A stretch of 64,000 nt of DNA from an uncultured Gemmatimonadales bacterium. GTDB taxonomy: Bacteria > Gemmatimonadota > Gemmatimonadetes > Gemmatimonadales > Gemmatimonadaceae. Positions 63,616 to 64,000 of this stretch are shown piece after piece. The translations under genes were made by a program, and so were the position numbers. Position 1 is the stretch's first letter. Every line of letters starts with the position of its first letter. Location of the stretch: contig CAVPQB010000004.1 of the NCBI GenBank assembly GCA_963707505.1, forward strand, positions 1,344,001 through 1,408,000, in the 5' to 3' direction. The notes under the pieces were generated by a model that worked only from the letters and a program-made list of their open reading frames with translations, searched no databases and had not been told where the DNA came from.

Positions 63616-64000
63616 CCCCTGTGGATTAGGCGCACTTCTCTGAAGGCCCCCCCGCTACCGCGGTGCGCGACGAGGAACAGCCGCACGGCGGCGCGGTCAG
63701 TCGATGGCAGTGGTTCGTCCCGGTTGATGTCAGCGCGTCGTGGCGCGGAACCGCCCGTGGCGTAAGGCCGGACGAGGCGCTCCCGGTCGCGAGAGCGGGA
63801 TCCCTCCCGGCCGCGCGGTGTCATTCGACCGGCACTCGACAGATTCAGCTGTGCGGCGAGTCATCACAGACTCTGGCGTGAGCAGACGCTCAGCCGATCT
63901 TTTTGTGGCGGTGCGTTCTGGTGGTCGACTGCCGAGATCGGAACGGAGAGGCAGGCTCAGGTCGACCCATGAACCCGAACGAGACTGCCCTCAGAAGTCG

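Overview
The window looks like two unrelated genomes joined near 36.2 kb. Bases 1-36.2 kb are gene-dense core chromosome whose proteins and gene order resemble Gemmatimonadota (inferred). This part holds an ECF sigma/anti-sigma/CpxP module, secreted amidohydrolases, rpmA-rplU, RNase E/G, recQ and rlhA. It also has a branched acyl-CoA cluster (ICM-type B12 mutase, MeaB, carboxyltransferase, split AtuA, hydratase), aspS-phoH-HD-ybeY, rlmN, panBC, folBK, trpA and a truncated HD-GYP gene; frameshifts accumulate towards the junction. Bases 36.2-64 kb are accessory DNA resembling Actinomycetota/Solirubrobacterales (inferred), with stress genes, SigB/SigF-like promoters and mobile-element debris. The most striking structure is at 52.3-56.5 kb: an IS481 invaded twice, at CT cores, by two different IS110-family elements. 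Each IS110 non-coding end carries short segments matching its own insertion site and its own circular donor junction, i.e. putative bridge RNAs aimed at IS481. One recombinase has Thr where the catalytic Ser is expected. Also found: a 5'-truncated group II intron, an unannotated 51-aa membrane ORF, and IS3, UvrD and tyrosine-recombinase remnants. All calls were made by eye; no database searches were run.
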